Below are positions 40,344-49,307 of a DNA stretch of 64,000 nucleotides, piece by piece. The number at the start of each line of letters is the position of its first letter. Positions within the stretch are counted from its first letter, which is position 1. The stretch covers positions 14,247 to 78,246 of the forward strand of contig CAVYZN010000019.1 of NCBI GenBank assembly GCA_963773065.1, in the 5' to 3' direction. The translations under genes were made by a program, and so were the position numbers. The stretch is from an uncultured Gammaproteobacteria bacterium (GTDB taxonomy: Bacteria; Pseudomonadota; Gammaproteobacteria; UBA9214). Under the pieces are notes generated by a model. It ran no database searches. It was not told the origin of the DNA and was given only the letters and a program-made list of their open reading frames with translations.

Positions 40344-43300
40344 CTAATCACTATCCCGCTGCCCCGCCGCGCCCGTGGATTCCGGCCCGGACCTGCCCGG
40401 CGGTTGGAAATGGACCGCATGCCACAGGCCGTGGGTGGTGAAACAGGTCCAGCCCCATTTCAGCCAGCGCAGCAGGGAGAGCGCCAGCCAGAGCGCCCAG
40501 GCGAGCATCAGGAAACGATAGAACAGGATCGGCACCGATACGATCCAGGCTTGCGGCAGGATCTCTCCGGCGCGGTCCTGGTACCAGTTCAGCGCATAGG
40601 CCGTCGACTCATTGCCCGCGACCTGCATCTCCGGCAGACCGAGCAGCCCCGTCTCGACGGCCGAATACAGCATCACCAGGGCAACCAGGGTCAACAGGCC
40701 AAGCCCGATCTGGGCGAGATTGAAAACTCTGGTGTCGCGCTCCGGTTCCAGCCTCGCCCGCAGTCCAAGCGCCAGCAGCCAGCCCACCACGATCAGGCCG
40801 ACCTGGATGGGGGACTGGCTGAGACCGATGCCGAGCAGAAACCAATGCCGCATTCTAAGCGGCGTCAGGCCGGTGCGCGCCAGCCCGAAGGACACCAGCA
40901 CGATGATCGCGATGACGGACCAGTACAAAACCGCCGGCCCCAGTCGCGGGCCACCGGCCCACAGCAGCCAGCGGTTCTCCCCCAGCGTAAGCGTGATCGA
41001 ACTGTTGACGCTGGGCGCACCCAGGTCCGCCGCGGGTGTCCTGAAGTAGTTATTGATACCCGCCGGTTCGCGCCATTGCAGCGCCACGTGCTGCGTACCC
41101 GGGGAAACCGGCAGGGTTACGGCGCGCCCCTCCTGGCGGATCGGCTGGGCCCGATCGTCGATGGTCACCGCCTGGAGCTGTGCTCCTTCCGGGAGTCGCA
41201 GCGTGTGCTGTCCTCCCTGGCTGCTGCGCAGGGTGAAACCGAGATCGACGTCGGTGGAGCGCATACCGGGGCTGACCTCGATCCGGCTGGCATCGATGGT
41301 CAGGGTCGGGCCTTCTCTCGCCTCGGGCCGCGTGATGGCAAGCCGTATCTCCTCCCACGGCCAGGGCCGCCATTGCGGCAACCAGGTGCTGTCGCGGTCC
41401 TGGTGGTGCGTCACGGCGATCCCGGAGGTGACGACATGCCAGACGGGGCTGATCTCCGCCTGCCACACCTCGCTCCAGGACAGGGTGTCCGGCGCGCGCA
41501 GGGTCAGCACCGGGCGCTTGTCGAGCCTTGAACTCCACCAGAAGACCTGTTGGCCGGCGGGCAGACTCACCTGCACCTGGCCGTCGTTCACGCGCACGCC
41601 TTCGCTGATCACCGCCTCGCCGTCGAGCAGCGGCACTTCCAGCACGATGGCGTTGTCGGCCGGCGACAGGCGCACGACGCGCGTCTCCACGCTCCAGTCC
41701 AGTCCGAGGTGCAGGGTGCGCTCGACCCGGACAAACGGCGGCAGCGTGCCCGGCTCCAGTGCGGACAATTCCCCGGCGCCTGCGCCGCTCACCCGTGTGA
41801 ATTGCAGCGGCCCATCCGCGATGCCACCCTCGTTCAGACCGGCAATGGCCCAACCTTCTGATTCGATCTCAATCCGGTGCGGTCTCAGCGGCAGCGGCAA
41901 CTGAAAGGTATCGCGCGGCGGCACGGGACCCGCCAGCGTGAGCTGGTGGCGGCCGCGCGGCAGTTCGATCCACAACTCGCCCGCGGGTGTGCGGAACAGG
42001 GCGGCTGCCGGCGCACCGTCCACCGCCACCTGCGCCGGAAGCCACTGCCGTGTATCGGCCGGCAAAACCACCGCGGTATCCTCCAGGGCATGTATCTCGA
42101 TGCGGGCCTGCAGCGACTTCTCGTTCAACACGATCCGCATGAGTGGAATCTGGGCGCAGGCGGGCAGGCATCGGGGGGGTTCCAGCAGGCGCGTCTTAAG
42201 CTCCTGCAGCAAACCGGTGTCCGGGTAATCAGCCTTGCCGTCGGGCGGCGCGAGCAGCAACAGGGGCGCAAGGAGCAGTGCACTCGCCACGGCCCCGGTC
42301 CGGGACGGCCAGTCGAATCCATGGCCCGGTTTCCAAGACAGCAGGCGTAACGCCAACGCACTCACCAGCAACACCCGCAGCAGGTTAAGCGCGAGGTTGA
42401 CCGGGGGTGAGAGCAGCGTGAGATTGAGGGTCTGTCCCCGCTCCACCGGCCCGTTCCAGCTCAGGCCGACGTACGTCCAGCGCCAGTCCGGCAGGCCCGG
42501 CCCGGTCTGTATCCTGGCCTTCGGGTCGATGCTCTCGAATACCGATTTGGCGTTCGACTTAACCTCCGACACGGCCGCCTCCCCCGACTCGGTCGCCATC
42601 TCCTTGCGCAGGACGGGTTCATTCCTGCCGGACGACGCAGGCGCCAGGGACTGCGCGGGCATCGCCTGATCGTAAACGGCCATCGGGCCGCCGGGGCTCT
42701 CCAACTGGGGGTAGATGCCGGTACGGACTTCATCAACCAGGAACGGCACCGCGATCACGGCGAGGGCCAGCAGGCCGAGATTGCGGTACCACATTACGGC
42801 GGCGCGGAAGCGGTTGGGTGGCAGAACCCGCAGCAGCGCGATGGCCGCCAGAATGTTGAGCCACACGAAGCGCGGCGCAGCCGGTTCGTGCCAGATGAGC
42901 GCCAGTGTCAGCAGCGCCAGCAATCCCCAGGGCCAGCCCCACAGACGCATCACGGCCAGGGCCCCCATCAACACCAGGAACAGATCCAGCAGGGTCCAAC
43001 GCTGCAGCCATGTCGTGGTGACCTGATCGACGCCGGTCGCCGCCAGCAGTTTCCAGCCGGGCGGCAGGTTCAGCGTGGCGCTCACCTGCTGGAAATCGTG
43101 GTCCCAGCCCGCGACCGGCAGCGTGCCGGTCGCGCCGTCATAACGACTGTCCGCGCTGAGGCGGATGGCGCCGCGGCGCACTTCGACGCCGGCCTCATTC
43201 GAGTCGGGCAGGGTCGTGATCAGTTGCGGCATGCCGTCGATGACGACCTGGCCGAGTTGGATGCCAGGCTCGGCCTCCAGGCGCCAGGCGCTCGTCATGC

Positions 43301-44423
43301 TGCCGGAAATCTCGTCCCGCAGCGTGTAGCCCTTGCCGTCGAAATCGAGCCACAGGGTGCGGCCAAGTACCAGCCGATCCGGCTCGGGCTCGGGATCGCC
43401 GCGCCGGATCACCTTGAAGCGCAGGGTATCATCCGGCAGGACGCGATAGGCCGGAAGGTTCCGCCAGTCCGTCGGCAAACGCGTCTGGCTGGGATCGACG
43501 GCCGCCAACCCTTCCAGCTCCACGAGGCGCAGGCTGTTGTTCGCCTCGAAGACCCACACCTCTTCTCCGGGCCACGGGGCGCCCTCGGCCGTGCGGGACA
43601 GTTCCGTGACATAGCCACTGGCGCGGGCGGCCACCTCCACCGTCCAGCGGCCCGGGCGCACCTGCACACGCAGCCGTCCGTCCGGTTCGAGTCGCGCCGG
43701 AATCTGGCTGGTGATGCGCAGCGGCAGAAAGCCTTCCAGCAGCGTCTTGCCGAGGATCACCTCACGCTGCACGCCCGAAACATCCATGTCGATGCGGGTC
43801 AGCACCTGCAGCGGGTTGTCATCGACGATGCGGCGAAAGACCTGGAGTTCGAGGCGGTCCCCGTCCTGTGTCTGATCACCGGCCTGCCGTCCGCGCAGCC
43901 ACAAGCGGCCATCCCCCTCCAGTTCGGGAAACGCCACCTCCGCCCCGTCGACGCTCAGCGCGAGCAGTCCCGAAGCCGGCGGTATCTGCAGCGTTTCCGG
44001 CAACCGCTCCCACAGGAACTGACCCTCCACGCGGTAGCCGCCCGCCGGCAACCGGAGGGCGGGCCTACCCTCGTCAAGGCTCACCAATCCGGGTTCGCCA
44101 TTGACCGTCACCGTCTGCGGCCAGTGTTCGGCATCGCCGGGAAGCTGGAGCCAGGATTCGGCATAGAGCTGCCACTGCTGCGTGAATCGCCCGCCCGTGT
44201 CGTCCAGTTTCAATTCCAGGCGGGCCGGCCAGGCGCAATGGCGCTGCGGCGCATTGTAGAGAAAGGGACACTGCGCCTGCGGCGTATCGTGCAATACCCA
44301 GTCCACCCATGGCCGCAGCGGCTCCGGGACCTGAACCGCCGGGACCTGAACCGCGGCGCCTGCACGAACGGACTGGAAAGGAATGCAGAGCAGAACCAGC
44401 GGAATGAGCCATCGGTGTCGCAT
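40344..44423 (-). CDS. Very large (~1,359 aa) polytopic membrane protein of unknown function
   Basis: This is an uninterrupted 4.08-kb frame. The ATG at 44423 gives a signal peptide, MRHRWLIPLVLLCIPFQSVRAGA. Two large soluble, beta-rich-looking regions are separated by a TM cluster (~res 560-660 and ~780-830), and a C-terminal 6-7-TM cluster follows. The ORF is open further upstream to 44666. Confidence 0.7.
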   Translation of the reverse strand: MRHRWLIPLVLLCIPFQSVRAGAAVQVPAVQVPEPLRPWVDWVLHDTPQAQCPFLYNAPQRHCAWPARLELKLDDTGGRFTQQWQLYAESWLQLPGDAEHWPQTVTVNGEPGLVSLDEGRPALRLPAGGYRVEGQFLWERLPETLQIPPASGLLALSVDGAEVAFPELEGDGRLWLRGRQAGDQTQDGDRLELQVFRRIVDDNPLQVLTRIDMDVSGVQREVILGKTLLEGFLPLRITSQIPARLEPDGRLRVQVRPGRWTVEVAARASGYVTELSRTAEGAPWPGEEVWVFEANNSLRLVELEGLAAVDPSQTRLPTDWRNLPAYRVLPDDTLRFKVIRRGDPEPEPDRLVLGRTLWLDFDGKGYTLRDEISGSMTSAWRLEAEPGIQLGQVVIDGMPQLITTLPDSNEAGVEVRRGAIRLSADSRYDGATGTLPVAGWDHDFQQVSATLNLPPGWKLLAATGVDQVTTTWLQRWTLLDLFLVLMGALAVMRLWGWPWGLLALLTLALIWHEPAAPRFVWLNILAAIALLRVLPPNRFRAAVMWYRNLGLLALAVIAVPFLVDEVRTGIYPQLESPGGPMAVYDQAMPAQSLAPASSGRNEPVLRKEMATESGEAAVSEVKSNAKSVFESIDPKARIQTGPGLPDWRWTYVGLSWNGPVERGQTLNLTLLSPPVNLALNLLRVLLVSALALRLLSWKPGHGFDWPSRTGAVASALLLAPLLLLAPPDGKADYPDTGLLQELKTRLLEPPRCLPACAQIPLMRIVLNEKSLQARIEIHALEDTAVVLPADTRQWLPAQVAVDGAPAAALFRTPAGELWIELPRGRHQLTLAGPVPPRDTFQLPLPLRPHRIEIESEGWAIAGLNEGGIADGPLQFTRVSGAGAGELSALEPGTLPPFVRVERTLHLGLDWSVETRVVRLSPADNAIVLEVPLLDGEAVISEGVRVNDGQVQVSLPAGQQVFWWSSRLDKRPVLTLRAPDTLSWSEVWQAEISPVWHVVTSGIAVTHHQDRDSTWLPQWRPWPWEEIRLAITRPEAREGPTLTIDASRIEVSPGMRSTDVDLGFTLRSSQGGQHTLRLPEGAQLQAVTIDDRAQPIRQEGRAVTLPVSPGTQHVALQWREPAGINNYFRTPAADLGAPSVNSSITLTLGENRWLLWAGGPRLGPAVLYWSVIAIIVLVSFGLARTGLTPLRMRHWFLLGIGLSQSPIQVGLIVVGWLLALGLRARLEPERDTRVFNLAQIGLGLLTLVALVMLYSAVETGLLGLPEMQVAGNESTAYALNWYQDRAGEILPQAWIVSVPILFYRFLMLAWALWLALSLLRWLKWGWTCFTTHGLWHAVHFQPPGRSGPESTGAAGQRDSD

Positions 44424-44894
44424 GCGGAGCCTCGCCTCAAGGATGAAGGGACGGAAATGTCGGTGCCGCCTGCCGGGGACGCACAGCGAACCCGGGCAGA
44501 GCGGGAATCTACCGGATATTCGTCCGGGTGGCCAATCCTGTCTGAGCGGCATCAGGAAATATATTTCGCGCACGACGGCGGGAGGGACGGTGACGACACC
44601 GGCGGCGGGGACCAGGCGACCACCCTCACCAATAAGGTCAGGTGATTGACAGACAGTGCAGAGCAAGGAATCCGGCAGGAACCGGCCGCGCGGAGATCAT
44701 GGGCAGCGGCGGTGCTTCCTTGCAAAATTTGAAAATCCCTCTGGGCAATATACTATGAACCCGACTTCATGAATCATGGGCAAGAAGAATTTCGGAAATA
44801 CCCAAATGGAAAAATCCACTTTTTACTATTGGGCAAGCTATTTGTACGTTAGTCTCTTATGACTTTACTGTTGACAGAAATGGCGAAGAGTTTG

Positions 44895-46421
44895 TTACTT
44901 TGCAGTGGCCAAAGCGGGAACGATACTGAATTCCGTGAGCGAGCAGGCGGCGGCGATGGCGGCGCGCCCCAAGCGCGTGAGGTAGTAACGATAAGTTCCG
45001 GTGACCCGTTTGATCACGCCGAGGGCAAGCAGCCGTTTCAGCTCTCGCGAGAGCGCAGCCGCCGAGGCGTGGGGCAGCAAAGCCATCAGATCGGCGCGCC
45101 GCAGACCGTGGATATTGAACTGCGGACGTTGCAGTGCCCGCAGCAGTTGCTGCTCGGTGCGCTTGAAGAAGTTCAGGCCCTTGATCGGCCGGTCGCTCTC
45201 GCACCGCTCGTCGGTCAGACGCGAGAGCGCGCGCTGTCCGGCGCTGTGATCGTCCAGCGCGGACAGATACTCCAGGTAGCGGCGATTGCATCCCAGGAGG
45301 ATCTGGCGCAGATCGATCAGGCTGTAGATGGATTTCTTCAGCGGCGCCAGTTGCCGCGTGCTGGGTCTATCTCGATGTTCCACCTTGCGGTGGTGCTTGA
45401 AGAAGGAGACGTCGTTGACGGTGGTTTCGATGCGCAGCACACGGGCGTATTTGTCGTACATCTTCACCTGAACCTTGCCCAGGCGATGTTTGATGCAGGT
45501 CCCTTCGATGCGGGTGGCAAAGCGGTTGCCGATCTCCTGCGCCAGCGGCGGGGTGATCTTCTTGCCGAGAAAGGTGGCAATCTGTTCGGCCTTCACCCCC
45601 AGCACCGCCTGGCGGGAGAGCTGTTCATACAGGGGCGCCAGCATCTCTTGGGAGCGGAACACCAGATCGGTAGCGTACTCCACCTGCAGCAGGCTCCAGT
45701 GATAGCCTTGCCCGAAGCTCTTGTGCACCGGGCAGCACTGGCGCGCGTAACGATCCAGGATGCGGTGCAGTTGCTCGGGCTTGAAGCCATCGGCCAACTG
45801 TTGCGCGCGCGCGAAGTCATCCAGGCGCACAAAGGCATTGTCCACCTGGGTAAAGCCGATGCGCCGGGTTTTAAGCTTCTGCGCCAGCCAACCATGGCCG
45901 TTGCAATAGAACTGCAATTTGAACGGGCACCAAGTCGGCACCCGCAGGTAACACAGGCCGACGAGCGGGTCGATGAAGTAAAAATAGTAGTGCAGGCATT
46001 TGCCCGTATCGGGCTTGAGGTAGGTCTTGCCGCTCGCCTTGTCATGCCAGGGCTTGTAGCTTTGACAGGCTTCCATCGCCGAAATGATGTGCACCAGACC
46101 CGGATGATCGCCGCGCCGCTCAAGCACCTTGGCGACCACATCTTCCTTGCGGATGTGGGCTTTGGCGATATGCTCGATCTCGATCCCCGCCGACTGCGCC
46201 AGCTCCTGCGCGCGCTCGCGGAGCGCCTCGCGCAAGGGCTCGGCAAACCGGGGATAGTCGAAAATCCGAATGCCCCTCGCGTACAAAAACGCCGTCATGC
46301 CCTGCGCATAGCAGGCCCCCGGCAACGTGCCCGTCATCACGATGCGGTCGTAACAGGAGAGCACCCCATGCAACCGATCTGCGTACCGTTCCACCAACGC
46401 CTGTGTCATCGTCGCCACCAC
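44895..46421 (-). CDS. Uncharacterised 508-aa protein with a C-terminal winged-helix-like segment
   Basis: The frame is intact. The conserved-looking core reads CLHYYFYFIDPLVGLCYLRVPTWCPFKLQFYCNGHGWLAQKL. The C-terminus LSRELKRLLALGVIKRVTGTYRYYLTRLGR looks MarR/wHTH-like. I recognise no catalytic motif. Confidence 0.55.
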   Translation of the reverse strand: MVATMTQALVERYADRLHGVLSCYDRIVMTGTLPGACYAQGMTAFLYARGIRIFDYPRFAEPLREALRERAQELAQSAGIEIEHIAKAHIRKEDVVAKVLERRGDHPGLVHIISAMEACQSYKPWHDKASGKTYLKPDTGKCLHYYFYFIDPLVGLCYLRVPTWCPFKLQFYCNGHGWLAQKLKTRRIGFTQVDNAFVRLDDFARAQQLADGFKPEQLHRILDRYARQCCPVHKSFGQGYHWSLLQVEYATDLVFRSQEMLAPLYEQLSRQAVLGVKAEQIATFLGKKITPPLAQEIGNRFATRIEGTCIKHRLGKVQVKMYDKYARVLRIETTVNDVSFFKHHRKVEHRDRPSTRQLAPLKKSIYSLIDLRQILLGCNRRYLEYLSALDDHSAGQRALSRLTDERCESDRPIKGLNFFKRTEQQLLRALQRPQFNIHGLRRADLMALLPHASAAALSRELKRLLALGVIKRVTGTYRYYLTRLGRAAIAAACSLTEFSIVPALATAK

Positions 46422-46486
46422 CGCTTAGCCCGTGCGTACAATACCTCTTCCTGTTTGGTTCCGGCTATGCCGGCTTAGGCGTCTCC

Positions 46487-47060
46487 ATGTCGGCACATAG
46501 TCCCGAAGTCGCAAAGAAGTTCTGCCAACTTTGCGATTGGCTTCTTCAGGTCTGGCAGATGCGGAAGTTCCTGTTCGACGAGAACACCGACGTGGCCGTT
46601 CTCAGAAAGCCGAGACATGCGCACTTCTTCTTTCGATTGCAAGAAGTCCTGCAAGAGAACTGGTTGCATCAGTTGGCCAAGCTTCACGACCCTGCCGTAC
46701 AAGGTGGCCCGAAGGGGCATATCAATCTCTCCGTTGAGTACATGATTGAATACGGCCAGTGGGACACTTCGATCAAAGCCGAGTTGCTTTCATTGCAGAC
46801 GGAGATGCTTCGTCTGGCAAAGCCCATTAAGTACGCACGCAACAAGGTCCTTTCGCACAACGATCTTGCTATCTTGCTGGCCGATCAAGAACTAGGTGCG
46901 TTTGATCCCGGAGAAGACGAGAATCTACTTCGAGGCACTTCGCTCTTTTGCTTCGGTTGTGTCGGAGCGGGTTCTTGGTGAACCATTCACGTACGATGAT
47001 CTGGTAGCGAACGATGTCGCCATGTTCATGCACGATTTTCTTCGTGGCGCCGACGCCTAA
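46487..47060 (+). pseudogene. AbiU2-like HEPN-domain protein, frameshifted near ~46915
   Basis: The ORF is AT-richer. LAKLHDPAVQGGPKGHINLSVEYMI and the Rx5H motif in YARNKVLSHNDL fit the HEPN/AbiU2 pattern. The tail ..RIYFEALRSFASVVSERVLGEPFTYDDLVANDVAMFMHDFLRGADA* lies in another frame and ends at the TAA at 47058-47060. Confidence 0.5.
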
Positions 47061-47063
47061 TCG

Positions 47064-47660
47064 GATAGCCGGGGGGTTCTCCCCCCCGGCCTCCACAACA
47101 CCCCGCATGCGGGTCCGCACGGGGCGTTTCCTTCAGAGTGAAAAGGACCGCCATTGACTGGCGACCATCAACGCTGGCTACGTGGCGAACCGCCAACGCC
47201 GTTTCACCCGCTCGGGTGTCCTACGGCCGTTGAGGCTCGCACGGCTCGCTCGTTGCCGAAGGTTCAGGCCTTCACCGTGTCCCACCCATTACGGTGGGCG
47301 TTTGGCTACTATGCCGTCTGCTGACTTCTGTCCCGTCACACCAAGCGTTACCGCAGGGCGCGCTGCTCGAGTCACGGTAGGGTTCGATGGTAATTCCAGT
47401 CCTTTCGGACTGGCCCTCAGTTCGACTCCCGTAGCGGCACGAGCCGCACGCGGGACAAATCTCCCCGGATAAGAACATGAACTTTCCGTGCACAACCGCC
47501 GCATTTACCCTATCCCCTGCACCTGACGGGTTTCGTCATCTTGTGCTGACTCACCCGGGGACTGAGCCTTCTATCTATGCGGTTTCTGTTCGTCGGCTCG
47601 CACCTTTGCGCTCGGGCTTCCTTCAGACATCCCCTCGCGGGTTTGCCCTTGCCGTTCCGA
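47064..47660. other. Hairpin-dense GC-rich non-coding block (candidate structured RNA or element terminus)
   Basis: No credible ORF lies here. The perfect or near-perfect hairpins include GCCGGGGGG-TTCT-CCCCCCCGGC (47068-47090), ACCCG-CATG-CGGGT, CCCACC-CATTAC-GGTGGG, CCAGTCC-TTTC-GGACTGG and GCGGC-ACGA-GCCGC. There is also a long-range TGTCCCG...CGGGACA pairing. Read on the minus strand, several loops become GNRA-type (GAAA, GAGA). Confidence 0.3.
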
Positions 47661-47665
47661 ATACG

Positions 47666-48140
47666 GCGGATGCGGATGACGACAACGACGGGCTCTCAGA
47701 CAGCCTGGAGGCCTCCCTCGGGACCAATCCCCTGCGTGCGGATACCGACGGCGACGGTCTGACGGACTATGACGAAGTCGCCTGGGGCGGCAATGCTTCA
47801 ATCTACACTCCGGGTGTGCATCCTCAACCCGCTGGCCGCCGACACGGACACCGACGGCTTCAGGGACGGCATGGAGTTCGCGGCGGGCTACAATCCGTTG
47901 AGCGCCGCGAGCTTCCCGGTATGGGGCGACATCAACGACGACCGGGTCGTCGACACGGCCGATGTGCTGCTCGCTACGCGTGCCGTCCTCGGGCTGGTGA
48001 CGCTGACCGGCGCCGAACTGGCGCGCGGCAACGTCGCGCCGCTCGTCAACGGAACGCCCCACCCGCCTGCCGTCGATGCCTTCGATCTCGCCGATCTCCT
48101 GCTGATCGAGCGCAAGGCGCTGGGTGAGGTTGCCTACTGA
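47666..48140 (+). pseudogene. 3' fragment of a secreted protein with thrombospondin type-3-like Ca-binding repeats and a dockerin-like C-terminus, frameshifted ~47815
   Basis: DADDDNDGLSDSLEASLGTNPLRADTDGDGLTDYDEV shifts frame into NPLAADTDTDGFRDGMEF...GDINDDRVVDTADVLLATRAVLG...LADLLLIERKALG. No N-terminal part or signal peptide lies upstream. Confidence 0.6.
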
Positions 48141-48413
48141 TTGCCCGGGAACAATTTGCCGGACGAACAATAGCGGTTGTTCAACCTAAAAAACTCAACG
48201 CAAAGAACGCATGAACTCTGGGTTATGCGCGCCATGCCCGAATAACCAAGCAGTCAGGAAAAGCTAATTTTTTGTCGATTAACTTTACGTTATCGGCTAT
48301 GGCTTTACATGAATAGGTAATCCCAAGCTATTGTTTGATAACAATCCGGCTTTCGCGGCGCGGTTCTTGCATTTCTTTAATCTTTGTAAGACTTCTGTTA
48401 GGAGAACACGCTT

Positions 48414-48686
48414 ATGATCCGCTGCCCTCACTGTGAGAAACCCGGTATTACTCCGCTGCGCAAGGCGATATTGAGCCCCGGAATTTCCGCCGCTTGCAAG
48501 GTCTGTGGAAAGCTCTCCGGCGTAAGCTACCCCGCTTGGCTGACTGCCATGCTGCCCGGGTCGGTGCTGATGATCGCGGCCCTCTATGTCAATTCGTCAC
48601 GCATCGAGTGGACCCTCAATACCGTGGGCTTCGTCCTGATGATCGTGATTCCGCTACTGTTTACCCCGTTGCACAAAGAACGTTAA
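48414..48686 (+). CDS. Small membrane protein with an N-terminal CxxC...CxxC zinc-ribbon (90 aa)
   Basis: AGGAG lies ~8 nt upstream of the start. It has CPHC..(24 residues)..CKVC followed by two TM helices. An AT-rich upstream region carries inverted repeats. Confidence 0.5.
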   Translation: MIRCPHCEKPGITPLRKAILSPGISAACKVCGKLSGVSYPAWLTAMLPGSVLMIAALYVNSSRIEWTLNTVGFVLMIVIPLLFTPLHKER

Positions 48687-48719
48687 GAATTGGCTTGCGG
48701 CAACAGGTAGCATCCTCCG

Positions 48720-48905
48720 TCAAAGCGTCTTTGTCTTCATGGCCCCGCAGCGACTGCAGCGGTATACGGTCACCAGGCGCCCCCGCCTGACGTCGAACTG
48801 CTTGTCGCAGAAGACGGCCCACCGATGAAAACCCTCCCGGCAAAGGCTCTTGCCCTGCGCCTTCTCCGACGGTTTCGGTTTCCTGAACCGGACTACCTCA
48901 CCCAT
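48720..48905 (-). CDS. Small conserved hypothetical protein (~61 aa), Cys/His-containing
   Basis: MGEVVRFRKPKPSEKAQGKSLCREGFHRWAVF...VTVYRCSRCG resembles a small family that I recall only as hypothetical. Confidence 0.4.
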   Translation of the reverse strand: MGEVVRFRKPKPSEKAQGKSLCREGFHRWAVFCDKQFDVRRGRLVTVYRCSRCGAMKTKTL

Positions 48906-49307
48906 GTACACCACCCCGCATCATGGAAACCCGCTCCAGCGCCGTCCCTGACGGTTCATGAGCCACCCGGGATGAAGACCGGTTGGATGGCAGAAACCGC
49001 AGAGGACGGTCAATCCATGCGTCATACGGAAACACCGGCGCACCCGGTTATCCGGTAGGAAACCGATGGCTGTTTAATCTCAGTATATACCGGGTATGAT
49101 GCGCCGCCCCGCGAGCGTAGCCTCGTCATCATACTTGTCCTTCATTTTGCGTTTTCTAGCCATCGATACGCCTCTTCATGGAACCAGTGAGTTTACGGCG
49201 GGATGCGCAGCGAATGTCTGCACCGATGATCTCCCGACGGCGGCACGAGCATACCAGACCGTTGCATCAACTGAAGACAACCGTGCGCCTGGCCGCGGTG
49301 GAGGCGG

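Noticed and set aside
36285-46478. Long + strand ORFs (36285-37712, 39483-41531, 42888-44645, 44859-46478) lie opposite the GNAT-C39, Cas6-like, giant membrane and 508-aa genes.
   Set aside because: They have the antisense-shadow composition (R/G/H/Q/P-rich, no hydrophobic core, no motifs). The minus-strand frames give coherent signal peptides, TM helices and family motifs.
47066-47097. The tRNA/tmRNA 3'-end-like sequence GGGGGGTTCTCCCCCCCGGCCTCCACAACA was considered as a possible ssrA-type att scar.
   Set aside because: The T-loop is too short (TTCT instead of TTCGAnT) and there is no CCA. No acceptor partner, tag-peptide frame or integrase is nearby. It is kept only as one hairpin of the structured block.
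47064-47603. An ORF-less group II intron on the minus strand was considered, given GTGCG at the putative 5' end and the GNRA hairpins.
   Set aside because: I could not fold a canonical domain V (AGC triad, 2-nt bulge, GNRA loop, ~34 nt) or a domain VI with a bulged A. There is no RT/maturase ORF. It stays as a hypothesis to test with covariance models, not a call.
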